DNA from: a virus
Length of the DNA: 64,000 bases
Direction: 5' to 3' (one strand)
Virus record (IMG/VR): IMGVR_UViG_3300043409_002042
Coordinates: 1 to 64,000 of that record
The position numbers were made by a program, and so were the translations under genes. Below are positions 56,718 to 64,000 of the stretch, piece by piece. The notes under the pieces are model-generated. The model saw only the letters and a list, made by a program, of their open reading frames with translations, did not search any database and had not been told where the DNA came from. Every line of letters starts with the position of its first letter. Positions within the stretch are counted from its first letter, which is position 1.

Positions 56718-57160
56718 TACGCGCCCGTGCTGCCGAACCCGCCTGCGCCGCGCTGGGTGTCGCTGAGCTCGTCCACGACTTCAAAGGTGACGCGGGGGTA
56801 GGGGATGACCAAGGCCTGGGCGATGCGGTCGCCGTTGTTGACGTACAGCGTGTCGCCGCGTCGCCAGTCGGCAGTTAGCTTGACCAGAACTTCGCCACGG
56901 TAGTCGCTGTCAATCACGCCCACGCAGTTGGCCAGCCGGACGTCGTGCCTGAAGCCATGGCCGGAACGGCTGAAGATCAGCATGACGTGGCCGGGCGGCA
57001 CCTCAAAGGACGGGCCTGTTCTGAAAACGATACACGGGTCAACCATGAGGCGGCCGTTGGTGACGTCGTCGACAGAGTGTAGATCAAAGCAAGCCGCGCC
57101 ATCTGTTGCGTATTGCGGCACGATGGCATCTGGGTGGAGTTTCTTGATTTTTAGGTTCAT
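56717..57160 (-). CDS. dut: Trimeric dUTPase
   Basis: ACFDL, SRSG, GVIDSDYRGE, RIAQ, RGAGGFGSTG. Confidence 0.95.
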   Translation of the reverse strand: MNLKIKKLHPDAIVPQYATDGAACFDLHSVDDVTNGRLMVDPCIVFRTGPSFEVPPGHVMLIFSRSGHGFRHDVRLANCVGVIDSDYRGEVLVKLTADWRRGDTLYVNNGDRIAQALVIPYPRVTFEVVDELSDTQRGAGGFGSTGA

Positions 57161-57417
57161 GTTCTTGGTTTCAGTGGTGGTTGATCAATGCCCGCACGGC
57201 AGCGAGCCGTCGGGTTGCTGCCGTGCCCCGCAGCTGAGGCAGATTTTGGGGCTGGGTGGTGGGCTTGGTACAGCCGGGACTGTCTCAGCATGTCGTAAAT
57301 CCCCGGCGGAGGGATGATGTCGGCGGCGCGTGGTTTCTCGTAGCTGATTAAAACGTGGTGAGTTTTGCCGCCCAGGGTGTGGAATGTTTCGGTGATCTGG
57401 TTCATGTCTGGCGTCAC
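57157..57417 (-). CDS. Small hypothetical protein (frame uncertain)
   Basis: Coupled overlaps at both ends; an alternative frame ends CLSCGA..LPCGH at 57185. Confidence 0.35.
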   Translation of the reverse strand: MTPDMNQITETFHTLGGKTHHVLISYEKPRAADIIPPPGIYDMLRQSRLYQAHHPAPKSASAAGHGSNPTARCRAGIDQPPLKPRT

Positions 57418-57866
57418 TTCGCGGCATGGATGGTGATTTTGCGCTCACCACCTTTGATCTCGATTTCGTTGTCGGAGTCTCCGCCTTTGGTTGTGATGAC
57501 GACCTCAAGTAGCCCGACAAGGCTTCCTGCAAGGAGGCCTAAAGCTTTATCTGGACTCTCATGAATCAGCGCCATGATTGCGTCGATCGCTTCCTGCTCG
57601 TGGTCAGTTTGCTGCTCCGTCTGGACATATCCCCACGTTGTCGCCAACCGCTTCTGCGTGGCTTTGCAGCTGAGGTTGACGTCTGGCCGTTGGCGCAGCT
57701 CCAGCTCCCGCACCAGCTGTCGCAGCGCCCGGTCGGTGGACAATTCGGCGCCCTGTTCATGGCGGTGGGGGTCGATGCGGTTCAGTTGGTCTTCGATCCA
57801 TTGTTGCTCGGGGTCGAAAACCGCCAGCTGGTCGGGGGTGATGGGGGTGTATTGGTCGTCGCTCAT
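57414..57866 (-). CDS. Hypothetical protein
   Basis: AAGGA RBS; TAGAAT at 57904-57909 on minus strand. Confidence 0.6.
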   Translation of the reverse strand: MSDDQYTPITPDQLAVFDPEQQWIEDQLNRIDPHRHEQGAELSTDRALRQLVRELELRQRPDVNLSCKATQKRLATTWGYVQTEQQTDHEQEAIDAIMALIHESPDKALGLLAGSLVGLLEVVITTKGGDSDNEIEIKGGERKITIHAAK

Positions 57867-57939
57867 GTCTTTCCTTGGTTAAAGACCACCGTGGTCCGCC
57901 TGAATTCTACAACATATTTTTGTTTGCATGCTGTTTGTT

Positions 57940-57955
57940 GTCGTGACGTTATGCT
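57940..57955 (+). promoter_or_regulatory. Late-promoter box GTCGTGA-cgt-TATGCT, 6 nt before portal ATG
   Basis: Recurrent motif, intergenic, no Shine-Dalgarno. Confidence 0.78.
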
Positions 57956-57961
57956 GTTTTT

Positions 57962-59659
57962 ATGCAAAACGCACTCAACACCGCCCACAACGCCGCCGCC
58001 CCCCAAAATGAGCGGGTTGACGCCTTGCGGGAGGCGCAATCGGTGGCTATGCCGTCGTCGGTGCCGGACATGCTCCCGCTGGTGCAGTTCGTTGCCGAGC
58101 AGTACCAGGAGCAGGAGTTCTACAAGTCGCTGCAGCGCCCGAACGTGATCCCGTTTCCTTCGCGTGCCGTGGCCGAGAAAAAGCCGGGCATGCAGTCTCT
58201 GGTGATCAACGACACCTATGGCAACGCCATGGGCGAGTGGCGTGATCGCTGGTCAAACCTCAGTTTTGACATGCTGCGCCAGATGGTCGACCAGACCCCG
58301 GTGTTGGGATCGGTCGTCATGACCCGCATCCGGCAGGTCAAGCGGTTCTGCCGGGTGCCGGACCTTGGCAAGGGCCCGGGGTTCCAGATCCGGCTCAAGG
58401 ACCCGAATGCCAAGCTGGGCAGCGACGAGAAGCAGACCGTGGCCTTGCTGCAGGACTTCTTCACGCACAGCGGCTGGGAGAAGAACCCTCGCCAGCGTGC
58501 GCGCCTGCGGCGCGACAACTTCTCGAACTTCATGGCCAAGTCTGTGCGGGACTCGCTGATTCTGGATTCTGCGCCGATTGAAACCGAGTACAAGCGCGAC
58601 AAGCGCCTTGGGATTGATGGCTTCTATGCTGTCGACGGTGCCACCATCCGGCTGTGCAACGAGGACGGCTACCGAGGCGATGACGAGATTTTTGCTCTGC
58701 AGGTGGTCGATGGGCAGATTCGGTCCTGCTACACGCACGACGACCTGATTTACGTGCCCCGCAACCCGCGCACCGATGTGTTGGTGGCTGGCTACGGCAT
58801 GTCCGAGACTGAGTTGCTGGTTCGTGTGATCACGGGCTTCCTGAACGCTTTTACCTACAACACAAAGTACTTCGATTCGAATGCGATCCCCAAGGGCTTG
58901 CTGCACCTCACGGGCGATTACGGCCAGGAGGACATGGTGGCGTTCAAGCGCTACTGGAACTCAATGGTCAAGGGCATCAACAACGCCTGGACCTTGCCTG
59001 TGCTGGTGTCGAAGAACCAGGAGTCGAAGGCCGCTTTTGAGAACTTCGGTGTTGAGGTCAACGAGATTATGTTTTCGAAGTGGATGGTGTTTCTTACTTC
59101 GATTATTTGTGCGATTTACGGGATTGCTCCTGACGAGATTAACTTCGAATCTTTCACGTCGGGAACTTCGTCGCTGTCTGGGTCAGACACAGAAGAGAAG
59201 CTGATTCATTCCGCAGACAAAGGCTTGCGCCCTCTCTTGTCTCATTATGAGGACATTTTCTCCGACTATATTGTTGGGGAGTTTGGCGACAAGTATTGCT
59301 TCCGGTGGACGGGTCTTGACGAGGAAGACCCTCAAACAGCGTGGCAAAAAGACCAAAAGCTGATGACTTTCAATGAAGGACGGAAGGCTCGAGGGCTTGA
59401 AGCCATCAAAGGAAGTCTTGGCGATTGTCCTTTGGACCCCGCTCTCATGGGGCAATGGTCGCAGATCAATCAAGCTGAGCAGGCCGATTATGGTGACCCT
59501 GGCGCTGAACAAGGCCAAGGAAGTCAGCCCGGCGATGATCAAAATGTTGATCCAGGCCAAGATCCTGCTGGTCCACAGGATGCAGAAGACGATCAGACCG
59601 ATAACGGACCTAGTATGCAGAAGTCCTTTGGCCTGCCTGTCTTTCGGGTTGACCCGTGA
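57962..59659 (+). CDS. Portal protein
   Basis: VDGATIRL, YVPRNPRTD..GYGMSETE, NAIPKGLL, ICAIYGIAPDEI, TFNEGRKARGL. Confidence 0.9.
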   Translation: MQNALNTAHNAAAPQNERVDALREAQSVAMPSSVPDMLPLVQFVAEQYQEQEFYKSLQRPNVIPFPSRAVAEKKPGMQSLVINDTYGNAMGEWRDRWSNLSFDMLRQMVDQTPVLGSVVMTRIRQVKRFCRVPDLGKGPGFQIRLKDPNAKLGSDEKQTVALLQDFFTHSGWEKNPRQRARLRRDNFSNFMAKSVRDSLILDSAPIETEYKRDKRLGIDGFYAVDGATIRLCNEDGYRGDDEIFALQVVDGQIRSCYTHDDLIYVPRNPRTDVLVAGYGMSETELLVRVITGFLNAFTYNTKYFDSNAIPKGLLHLTGDYGQEDMVAFKRYWNSMVKGINNAWTLPVLVSKNQESKAAFENFGVEVNEIMFSKWMVFLTSIICAIYGIAPDEINFESFTSGTSSLSGSDTEEKLIHSADKGLRPLLSHYEDIFSDYIVGEFGDKYCFRWTGLDEEDPQTAWQKDQKLMTFNEGRKARGLEAIKGSLGDCPLDPALMGQWSQINQAEQADYGDPGAEQGQGSQPGDDQNVDPGQDPAGPQDAEDDQTDNGPSMQKSFGLPVFRVDP

Positions 59660-59677
59660 GTATGGCAACATACTAGT

Positions 59678-60385
59678 ATGAAGAGCCAACTCCCCGCATC
59701 ACGAGCTGCAGCAAAGGCAGCCGGACTGAAACATTACTTTACAGGTAAGCCTTGCAAGTTCGGTCACTTGTCAGCGCGTTTGGTTAGCTGTGGTCAATGT
59801 TCGGAATGCAACAAGCAGCGTCTTGCAGCCGGTAGAGCTAAAAATCCAGACAAGTTTCGCTTGTATTCCGCCAAAGCCTATCAATCCAATCCGCAGAAGT
59901 TTATTGACGCGGCGAAGCGTCGTAGGTCGGCTAATTTGTCTGCCGCTCTGCAGGCTGAGCGGGCAACTTACGCCAGAAACAAAGAAAAAGTGAACGCCGC
60001 GCAAAGGATCTCTTACAAGGCCAAAGCGTCGGTATTCAACGAGGCCAGAAGAAATCGTCGTTTACAGGATTCTGTTTGGGCCTTTTCTCAACGATCTCGA
60101 TGCCTGGTTCGTGGTGCGCTGACTCGGTCTGGTTTCAAGAAGTCGAAGCGCACAGAGGAGCTTCTTGGTTGCTCAACGCAAGAATTCCGCGTTCAAATGG
60201 AAAGGCAATTCTTGCCTGGTATGGGTTGGCACAACATGCACCTGTGGGAGATCGACCACATCGTGCCTGCGTCAAGTGCCAGAACGCAGGAAGAAGCTGA
60301 AGTTCTAAATCGGGTGGGGAACCTACGCCCGCTGTGGCGTGACGCAAATCGATCAAAGGGAGCGGCCATCCAATGCCTGCTATGA
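59678..60385 (+). CDS. HNH homing endonuclease
   Basis: YFTGKPCKFGH..CSEC; LLGCS..GMGWHN..WEIDHIVP..NLRPLW..NRSKG. Confidence 0.88.
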   Translation: MKSQLPASRAAAKAAGLKHYFTGKPCKFGHLSARLVSCGQCSECNKQRLAAGRAKNPDKFRLYSAKAYQSNPQKFIDAAKRRRSANLSAALQAERATYARNKEKVNAAQRISYKAKASVFNEARRNRRLQDSVWAFSQRSRCLVRGALTRSGFKKSKRTEELLGCSTQEFRVQMERQFLPGMGWHNMHLWEIDHIVPASSARTQEEAEVLNRVGNLRPLWRDANRSKGAAIQCLL

Positions 60386-60711
60386 AATCAGTCCAGCAGC
60401 AACAGGTCGCACCATCGGCCTACCGTGGCGATGAGGTGTTTTTTCGCAAGGGTGGGCAACCGGTGATCGGCAAAGTGCTTGCCACGGGCCAGCACGGCTG
60501 CACCGTGGAGCACGAGGGCGCGCGCCACAAAATCAAGCACGAGCACATCCTGGGTCACAAAAAGCGTGCCCCGCAGCGGTATCATGTGGAGCATGAGGGC
60601 GAGGATGGTCTGATTGTTCGGGACGGCAACGGGAAGCGCCATTATGTGGGCGTACCACCGGAGGCGAAGGCCGAGCGGTTGGAGTTGCAGAAATCTTTAG
60701 GGCCCCGATAG
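60373..60711 (+). CDS. Hypothetical head-region protein
   Basis: GDEVFF..GKVLATGQHGCTV; ends LQKSLGPR. Confidence 0.65.
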   Translation: MPAMKSVQQQQVAPSAYRGDEVFFRKGGQPVIGKVLATGQHGCTVEHEGARHKIKHEHILGHKKRAPQRYHVEHEGEDGLIVRDGNGKRHYVGVPPEAKAERLELQKSLGPR

Positions 60712-60906
60712 TCCGTGAAGCCTGGCGCGGCCAGCGGGGGGTAAGCCGCTGGAAATGTTTTGCCCCGCTCAGCCGGGGTTCTGCTGCGGGTGACCGTGGT
60801 GGACAGGTGCGCTGATGGCGGTGGTCGCCAGCGTCGTGAGTGGCGTGGCCTTGATGGCGGCAAGTGGCGGGGCTTCGGCCCCGCTGCGCACACGGTTTGA
60901 TTTTTG

Positions 60907-60915
60907 TGGTATAGT
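60907..60915 (+). promoter_or_regulatory. Extended -10 promoter TGgTATAGT for ncRNA/tRNA region
   Basis: Follows a GCGGGGC-TTCG-GCCCCGC hairpin; AT-rich island in GC-rich DNA. Confidence 0.55.
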
Positions 60916-60919
60916 TGTT

Positions 60920-61325
60920 TTCACGAAAGCGGATGCTGTGGAAGCGGCGGGATACGCAACCTGCACACAGACGCAGCGAGTAGTGCCAGGTTGGGGTTTC
61001 CCGGCTGGAGCGGTTGAAGGCACCGACAAGCTTACCCGGTGAAAGGCCCCGGGTGCCATCACCGCTGATCTACCTCAGACCGAATACCGGAACGTATGTC
61101 CGGTAATCATGCCCACAAGAGGACCAGATCGTATGCTGGGTGTCGCTGCAATGGGCCGCAGCGATCAGCGGTGATGGTTATGCGGAGATAGCTGGGACGG
61201 CCCAGCCGGTTGCCTTTTGGCATGTCACCGTCAACGCCCGGACTGAGAGGGCGGGAAAAAGTCCAGTGACGCATGGAGAGCATGAAGACGATCGGCCCCC
61301 TGTTGGGACCCAGGGTCGATCATGT
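60920..61325 (+). ncRNA. Candidate structured non-coding RNA(s)
   Basis: Continuous series of hairpins including a perfect 15-bp stem 61056-61070/61163-61177; no credible ORF. Confidence 0.5.
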
Positions 61326-61351
61326 TTGCAGACTGGAACGAAAGAAATAAA

Positions 61352-61672
61352 ATGCAAGTGCACTTGATCTATACGCAGCGCGAGGACGGTGGGTTTGACC
61401 ACGCAGTGGTATTTGGCGACGCGCCCCCGTGGAGTGCGCCTGAAGAGAACGTCATCAACTGCGCAAGCGAGACAGACGCCGTTCGACTGAAAAAAAAGGT
61501 CGAAGACATGCAAATCGCGTTGTCTCAATCCATTGAGTGCAGCGTGTACGAACGGGATGTTTTGCCGACCATTGAACGCGCCTTTGTTGTCAAATTGGTG
61601 GGGGCTCCAGAGATGGCGACTGCCGATGAACACGCAGAACTGGTTAGCAGCCTCACGGCGCACATGCGATGA
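61352..61672 (+). CDS. Hypothetical acidic protein within the tRNA region
   Basis: MQVHLIYTQREDGGFDH... Confidence 0.5.
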   Translation: MQVHLIYTQREDGGFDHAVVFGDAPPWSAPEENVINCASETDAVRLKKKVEDMQIALSQSIECSVYERDVLPTIERAFVVKLVGAPEMATADEHAELVSSLTAHMR

Positions 61673-61690
61673 ATTGGTGTTGACCATCAT

Positions 61691-61766
61691 CTCGGTTTAG
61701 CTCAGTTGGTAGAGCGCGTGCTTTGGGAGCATGAGGCCGGAAGTTCGAGACTTTCAACCGAGACCA
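61691..61766 (+). tRNA. tRNA-Pro(UGG)
   Basis: CTCGGTT/AACCGAG acceptor, GCTC/GAGC D stem, CGTGC-TTTGGGA-GCATG, TTCGA loop, CCA. Confidence 0.93.
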
Positions 61767-61773
61767 AAATTGA

Positions 61774-61850
61774 CGCGACGTAGAGCAGCTGGTCAGCTCG
61801 TTTGGTTCATACCCAAAAGGTCGCAGGTTCGAGTCCTGCCGTCGCAACCA
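61774..61850 (+). tRNA. tRNA-Met(CAU), initiator-type
   Basis: C1xA72 mismatch (CGCGACG/CGTCGCA), GAGC/GCTC D stem, TTTGG-TTCATAC-CCAAA, CCA. Confidence 0.92.
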
Positions 61851-61915
61851 TATGCATGAAAATGCTGCTGCCATGCGTTGCTGGCAGATGACTTTGCTGG
61901 TGGGAAAGAAACCAG

Positions 61916-62170
61916 CACCATCACATCAGCGGGCCGCATGACTGGATGCCCTGGCGTCACGAACGCGCAGGCGTGCGACGAGCCCCGATGACTCCTGGTT
62001 CGCGCTGGACGAGGTAAGCGGCATATCGAAAAATGCTGAAGGTAGCCCAGCCCGCTGATGTGATGGTGAGGGCAATGCCGGGATTCCGAGCACCCAACAA
62101 CGTGAAGGCAGGTACTAGAGAACGGGGAAGCGCGAATTACCCGGAAAGAGTCGAATTCCTGCCGTGCTCC
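61916..62170 (+). ncRNA. Candidate structured RNA(s) downstream of tRNAs
   Basis: Perfect 19-bp stem 61916-61934/62050-62068, then nested stems GAGCAC/GTGCTC and GGCAGG/CCTGCC. Confidence 0.5.
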
Positions 62171-62222
62171 GTTATAGCAGGGGCCACCATCAACCAATCC
62201 GCCGGTTTCCGCGCGCCATCTT

Positions 62223-62238
62223 GTCGTGACCCTACCAT
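62223..62238 (+). promoter_or_regulatory. Late-promoter box GTCGTGA-ccc-TACCAT, 7 nt before ATG 62246
   Basis: Recurrent motif, intergenic. Confidence 0.78.
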
Positions 62239-62245
62239 TCGCACC

Positions 62246-63409
62246 ATGGGACTCTTCCTCGATCTACTGCATGTGCCCGTTGGCGTGACCAATGATGCCA
62301 TTGAGGGCATATACAAGGCCCTGTCCGATGGCCACAACCACGGCGATGATGGCGCAATCTGGCAACCACACCAATCCGTTTTGATCCGTCGCTTGGTCGA
62401 ACTGTTCACCCAGCGCGGGCTTGATCGCTTGGCCGCCGTGAAGCAGGCCTTGACCGACTGGCAAACAGGAAAGAACCACACCCCATCCACCACCCCGGTG
62501 GTCGTGCCGCCCGGCGCGGTGCAGCGCTGGAATGCCGACGAGCTGGCCCTTGCCGGGGTTTACCTTGAGAGCCTGCCGCCTGCGCAGTGGACGTTGGACG
62601 ACCACATGATGGCCGTTGACCTGGTCATGCACACGCTCATGTCGCCCGATGACCTGATCGCCGAGGCCGAGTGGTTGGCTGTGCGCGCTGGCATGATGGG
62701 CAAGGTGCAGGCCAACATGGCCGCCGAGCCCAGCGTCAAGCAGGCCGACGCCATCCTTGCCGCGCTGCCGTCAAGCGTTGCTGGCGCGGTTCAGCAGTTT
62801 CGCCTGCCGCCCAAGCAGGCGGCTGTGCTCAGTTTCGCGTCGGCACGCGCCGCCGAGCACGTCACCTCGTTGGCTGATGGCGCACGCCACAAGATGCGGG
62901 CGATGATCGCCGAGGACTTGGAGCAGCGCGCCCTGGGTGTGCCTCCTACGGGCTCCAGCAGCCTGCAGACCAAGATGCTGGACGCCTTTGGTACCCTGAA
63001 TCGGGATTGGCGTCGCATCGCCGTCACCGAGGCTGGCGAGGCCCAGCTCCAGGGGCTGGTGGCCAGCATGAAGCCCGGAGCCAAGTTGAAGCGGGTGGAG
63101 CAGTACAAGGGCGCGTGCGCTTTTTGTCGAAAGATCGACGGCCTGGTGGTCACCGTGGTGGCTGCCGATGCGCCGAAAAAGAACCCCGACACCGAGATTT
63201 GGCCTGGCAAGAACAACATTGGCCGCTCAGCGTCGCCACGTAAGCGAGTTGGCGACGTTCTGGTTGAGCGCGAGCCGCACGAGATGTGGCAGGTGCCAGC
63301 GGGTTTGGTTCACCCGCACTGCCGCGGCCGGTGGCTGCACGTGGATGATGGCGCGCAGGCGGGGGATGATCCAGAGTTTGCGGCTTGGCTGGGGGCGACG
63401 TTGTCGTGA
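62246..63409 (+). CDS. Head morphogenesis protein (MuF/SPP1 gp7-like)
   Basis: RDWRRIAVTE, ACAFCRKIDG, VHPHCRGRW. Confidence 0.8.
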   Translation: MGLFLDLLHVPVGVTNDAIEGIYKALSDGHNHGDDGAIWQPHQSVLIRRLVELFTQRGLDRLAAVKQALTDWQTGKNHTPSTTPVVVPPGAVQRWNADELALAGVYLESLPPAQWTLDDHMMAVDLVMHTLMSPDDLIAEAEWLAVRAGMMGKVQANMAAEPSVKQADAILAALPSSVAGAVQQFRLPPKQAAVLSFASARAAEHVTSLADGARHKMRAMIAEDLEQRALGVPPTGSSSLQTKMLDAFGTLNRDWRRIAVTEAGEAQLQGLVASMKPGAKLKRVEQYKGACAFCRKIDGLVVTVVAADAPKKNPDTEIWPGKNNIGRSASPRKRVGDVLVEREPHEMWQVPAGLVHPHCRGRWLHVDDGAQAGDDPEFAAWLGATLS

Positions 63410-63418
63410 CCGCAAAAT
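63403..63418 (+). promoter_or_regulatory. Late-promoter box GTCGTGA-ccg-CAAAAT, 6 nt before ATG 63425
   Basis: Recurrent motif; TGA is the upstream stop. Confidence 0.75.
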
Positions 63419-63424
63419 GAGGCG

Positions 63425-64000
63425 ATGCCGCCACGCCTCCTGATTTTGCCGTCCATGCTGCTCAAGGCAGCGTCGTCCATTCCGCCTGGTTCTCGCTGGA
63501 TCACGGTGCACCCCAATCCTGGAGCCAAGGGTCAAGCCGTCCTCATCCAGCCTCAGCCTGATGGTAGCCATCGCGTGATTGGCGGCGCCGGAGGGATCTT
63601 AAACTACCTCAAGCTGCGCGGCGTAAAGTCGGTGGACCACTACAAGGAAGAGGCGGGCAAAAAGGCCGAGGAGCGCACTGCCGCGCGCAAGGCCCAGCAA
63701 GAGGCTGACAAGGCATCCGGCGTGCACGGTGCCAAGCAGGAAGCCCGCAAGGACATCAAGGCGCAAAAGCAGGCTGCCGAGCGCGAGCTGATTGAGGCCG
63801 TGGCAAAGAAGGCGGGCTGGAAACCCGAGGAGCTGGAGTTCCCAGAGGCCGACTACCAGCACCTGTCTCTGGCCGCTCAGGAAAAGGTGCGCGACAAGTT
63901 CCACCGCGACCTGCTGGGCAAGGCCAAAGATGCGATCACGCAGTCGCGCCAGCGCCTGGTGCAGGACGCTTCGGCTCGCGCCGATGCCAAGATCGGCGAG
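63425..64000 (+). CDS. Head-associated protein, 3'-truncated (absent from ORF track)
   Basis: MPPRLLILPSMLLKAASSIPPGSRWITVHPN..KGQAVLIQ..HRVIGGAGGILNYLKLRGV; open to window end. Confidence 0.75.
   Translation, partial: MPPRLLILPSMLLKAASSIPPGSRWITVHPNPGAKGQAVLIQPQPDGSHRVIGGAGGILNYLKLRGVKSVDHYKEEAGKKAEERTAARKAQQEADKASGVHGAKQEARKDIKAQKQAAERELIEAVAKKAGWKPEELEFPEADYQHLSLAAQEKVRDKFHRDLLGKAKDAITQSRQRLVQDASARADAKIGE

Larger units (their letters stand above)
1..64000. mobile_element. Temperate tailed bacteriophage genome segment (myovirus-like baseplate genes), circularly permuted
   Basis: Tail, lysis, integrase, recombination, replication, terminase, portal and head-morphogenesis genes span the window; no recognisable host genes. 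Confidence 0.93.

Noticed and set aside
60833-60839. GTCGTGA copy
   Set aside because: No -10-like hexamer at the 3-nt spacing and no adjacent start
60925-60983. Assignment of the first structured element to a known ribozyme or riboswitch
   Set aside because: Could not match hammerhead, twister, pistol or HDV cores by eye; left unassigned pending an Rfam search
62033-62245. N-terminal 71-aa extension of the MuF-like ORF
   Set aside because: Overlaps structured RNA stems; the late box points to ATG 62246

Overview
The whole window appears to be tailed-phage DNA from a GC-rich, probably temperate phage of a Gram-negative host (spanins present). I see no host housekeeping genes, and the gene order is circularly permuted. 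From left to right: baseplate and tail-fibre genes (1-8.5 kb); lysis cassette (8.6-10.5 kb); a leftward early block with integrase, tRNA-Lys/HNH, three methyltransferases, RecD-like helicase, HU, Xis and recombination genes (10.5-26 kb); rightward replication genes (26-33 kb); a leftward accessory block; an iteron-like origin (~39 kb); then packaging and head genes (42.5-64 kb). Four items stand out. (1) A recurrent cis-element GTCGTGA-N3-(-10-like hexamer) sits upstream of ten genes, nine of them structural, packaging or lysis genes. In five cases it lies only 6-8 nt before the ATG, suggesting an activator-driven, largely leaderless late regulon. (2) A probable virion-cargo effector cluster contains a 1618-aa protein (ART-like + WGR + HipA/PI3K-like kinase + VIP2-like ART) followed by a Nudix hydrolase. 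These and neighbouring head proteins share a hydrophobic-x-K-[A/S] tag. (3) The terminase large subunit has an extra degenerate terminase-ATPase domain. (4) A structured non-coding region surrounds tRNA-Pro and an atypical initiator tRNA. All protein calls come from motif recognition by eye; no database searches were run.
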